Shown here: one piece after another, positions 61,729 through 64,000 of the stretch | Layout: every line of letters starts with the position of its first letter | How positions within the stretch are numbered: position 1 is the stretch's first letter | Assembly (NCBI GenBank): GCA_965262725.1 | Contig: OZ253555.1 | Location: forward strand, 3,360,001 to 3,424,000 | DNA from: Dehalococcoidia bacterium | GTDB lineage: Bacteria; Chloroflexota; Dehalococcoidia; UBA2979 | Reading direction: 5' to 3' | DNA length: 64,000 nucleotides | Notes under the pieces: model-generated | Seen by the model: the letters and a program-made list of their open reading frames with translations, nothing else | Told to the model about the DNA's origin: nothing | The model's database searches: none | Translations under genes and position numbers: made by a program

Positions 61729-63168
61729 CTACACCGTCGCCAAACCTGTGGTCGGCGGTCCGGGAGCTCCGGTTCCATCCGCTTCGTGGCCTCCGAGCGG
61801 CACCAGCTGGTAGCCGAGCTTCCTGGCCCTGCGTCTCGCGTTGCGGAGGGCTCTCTCGTGGTGCTGCGCCTCGTAGTACTCGGCTCCGGCGTCCGTGTAC
61901 CCGTGTCCGTACTTCAGGCTCGAGTAGATGATCCTCGCCAGCTTGTGAGCCGTCGCAGTGATGGCCTTGGCTGGCCCCAGCTGCGCCTTCTTCCTCCGCA
62001 GGAACGCCCCCAGGGCGCTGTTGGAGCGGTGAAGACCGAAGGCGGCAAGACGCAGGGCCGCTGCTGCCCGGTTCGCCGACGGCGTGGTCCGGGAGCTGAT
62101 GACCTTGCCTCCGGTGACGCGGTTGTTCGGGCTCAGGCCCAACCACGATGCGAAGTGCTTCGGGGTTTCCCAGCGGCTCATGTCCACCCCGACCTCGCTG
62201 ACGACCTTCAGCGCCGTATGGGCGTCCACGCCATCGATGCGCGTCAGGTCCACCCCCGTCATCCGGTAGAGATGGCTCCGCACGTCGAACGCCGGCGCAT
62301 TCTTGGCGCGCTTCGACCGCTTGGGCTTCCCGAGAGGCGGCCGGGGGTCGCCGGAATCGTCCCACTCCTCCAGTAGCGCCTCGAGCTTCCCGTCGCACTC
62401 GGCGATCTTGCCCTGGTACACCCGGTAGAGATCCCGGGCCTGCGCCAGTTCGAAGAGGTGCTCCTCCCGCCAGTGCCCCTCCAGTGACCGGGCGATCATC
62501 GACGTGTCCGCCCGGATCCTCGGGTCACGCAGCTGCGCCAGCTTCACGGGGTCACGCTCGCCACCAATGACGGCATCAATGATGGCCAGTCCCGTCGCGC
62601 CGGTGATGTCGCTGATGACGTGCTGGAGCTTGACGTTCATCTGGGTCAGGGCCTTCTGCATGTGCTGAACGTGTCTGGCCGCGTCCTCGACCAGCAGGGC
62701 TCGCTGCCGCATGTAGCTGCGCAGTCGGCGGATATCCTCATCGGGACGGAAGGCTCCGGAGAGCAGCCCGTAGGTGTGAAGCTGCTGGATCCACTGGCTG
62801 TCCAGCACATCCGTCTTGCGGCCGGGCGCATTCTTGATGCCCCTCGGGTTCACCAGCAGCACCTCGAATCCCCGCTCCTCCAGCACTCCGAAGAGCGGGA
62901 TCCAGTACACCCCCGTCGACTCCAGCGCCACGGTCTCGATGCCGCACTCGGCCAACCAGTCCGCCAGGCGGTACAGGTCGCCCGTGAAAGCTGCGAACTC
63001 CCGCACCGGCGTATCGGAACGGTCCTCGGGGACTGCCACGAAGTGGCTCTCGGCGCCCACATCGATCCCGGCCGCGTTCAGGTTCACCCGGGACAGCGCC
63101 GCGGGCAGTACCGGCGGATCGCCCCGCGTTCCGTCGGCGCGCCGGGCACTCTCGCCTCGTGTCTCCAT
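61729..63168 (-). CDS. IS110 family transposase/recombinase
   Basis: DEDD motifs AGIDVG, ALESTGVYW and KTDVLDS; HFASWLGLSP..TGGK; AITATAHKLARIIY. Confidence 0.95.
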   Translation of the reverse strand: METRGESARRADGTRGDPPVLPAALSRVNLNAAGIDVGAESHFVAVPEDRSDTPVREFAAFTGDLYRLADWLAECGIETVALESTGVYWIPLFGVLEERGFEVLLVNPRGIKNAPGRKTDVLDSQWIQQLHTYGLLSGAFRPDEDIRRLRSYMRQRALLVEDAARHVQHMQKALTQMNVKLQHVISDITGATGLAIIDAVIGGERDPVKLAQLRDPRIRADTSMIARSLEGHWREEHLFELAQARDLYRVYQGKIAECDGKLEALLEEWDDSGDPRPPLGKPKRSKRAKNAPAFDVRSHLYRMTGVDLTRIDGVDAHTALKVVSEVGVDMSRWETPKHFASWLGLSPNNRVTGGKVISSRTTPSANRAAAALRLAAFGLHRSNSALGAFLRRKKAQLGPAKAITATAHKLARIIYSSLKYGHGYTDAGAEYYEAQHHERALRNARRRARKLGYQLVPLGGHEADGTGAPGPPTTGLATV

Positions 63169-63184
63169 CCTCTCGCCCCCTCCC

Positions 63185-63360
63185 CCACAGCGTGGGCGTG
63201 TGACCGGAGGGAGCCACGACCAGACCGACACTCTACCGAACGGGATCGCCCCGACGGGACGTCACCAGTGATGCAGTCGCAGGGCTCCCGGACCATGCTT
63301 TTGAACGGGCAGATCGCACCAACGATGTACCGGCCTCGGCCCGGTCATCACGCCTCGCCG
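63185..63360 (-). ncRNA. Putative IS110 bridge RNA (ends approximate)
   Basis: Contains, in order, segments matching left target, right target, left donor and right donor (see findings). Confidence 0.75.
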
Positions 63361-64000
63361 CGACTATACATCGCCGCTCGGCCCACCCCAGTTAGTGGCT
63401 TGCTGCACCGCCCGGCCGCCGGGGGTGGGGTGCTTTTGAGGAGCACCCGGACGCCGCGATTTACCTGTCGATGCCGGGCCTGGGGCCCGTGCTCGGCGCC
63501 CGGGTGCTGGGCGAGTTCGGGGATGAACCCGAACGCTTCGTGTCCGCGAAGTCCCGCAGGAACTACGCGGGCACGTCGCCGCTCACCATATCATCGGGGC
63601 GGAAGCGGGCGGTCACCGCGCGCCACGTGCGGAACCGGCGCCTCTACGACGCGGTACACCTGTGGGCGTTCTGCTCGCTCCAGGCGAGTCCCGGGTGTCG
63701 GGCGTACTACCAGCAGCGGCGGGCGCTGGGCGACGGGCACAACCAGGCGCTGCGCGCCCTCGCCAACCGCCTGGTCGCGTTCCTGCACGGCTGCCTGAGC
63801 ACGCGTCGGCTCTACGACGAGCAGGCGGCCTGGGGCGGCCTGAAGACTGAGCCTGCCGAGCTCGCCGCCTGACGGAGGTCGTTGAGCGCCTCGGCGGGCC
63901 CGGACTCATCCAGGGTCTGGAGCTCGTTGAGGGCGCAACATGGCGCGACGAGTACCTGCGCACCCCGCATCACGGGCGACCGGCAGCGGTCGGCCAGCCA

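Larger units (their letters stand above)
61718..63434 (-). mobile_element. IS110 family insertion sequence with 5' non-coding region
   Basis: CT dinucleotide at both junctions; subterminal IR ACTAACT/AGTTAGT; intact transposase. Confidence 0.9.
61306..63872 (+). pseudogene. IS110 family transposase (N-truncated), interrupted by a second IS110
   Basis: NRLRSALLQYFPAAL..KLAAS | FEEHPDAAIYLSMPGLG..NYAGTSPLTISSG..ALRALANRL; removing 61720-63434 restores the frame. Confidence 0.88.

Overview
GC-rich accessory region. The gene content suggests a Chloroflexota (Dehalococcoidia-like) bacterium, possibly a sponge symbiont; this is inference only. It is a mosaic of integrated islands, marked by three 3' tRNA fragments that look like att sites (Leu-CAA at 25.0 kb, Ala at 45.5 kb, Gly-CCC at 54.7 kb). 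(i) 1-25 kb: a decaying locus of giant modular surface proteins (FN3, subtilase, GLUG, 11 Ig/PKD-like repeats, propeller-like and cadherin-like domains, and a recurring Cys-containing C-terminal module). It is invaded by two copies of a group II intron, IS256, IS21 and IS3/IS1182 fragments. (ii) 25-44.5 kb: a largely intact minus-strand catabolic cluster (peptide-type ABC transporter, hydrolase, Zn-dehydrogenase, DUF35/thiolase-like pair, family III CoA-transferases, TatD, CitE-like lyase, MaoC, acyl-CoA dehydrogenase). (iii) 45.5-54.7 kb: STAS, truncated TPP enzyme, DinB, PPOX, two FrsA-like hydrolases, cupin, M20 hydrolase and a dead integrase. (iv) 54.7-64 kb: a decayed integrative mobilizable element (tandem Replic_Relax protein, coupling ATPase), an MmeI-like fragment, an intact DUF3800 gene and an intact IS110 nested in another IS110. 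The two strongest leads are a putative promoter-driven, terminator-bounded small RNA with a sarcin-ricin-like motif directly after DUF3800, and an IS110 whose bridge-RNA guide segments match its own ends and its target site.
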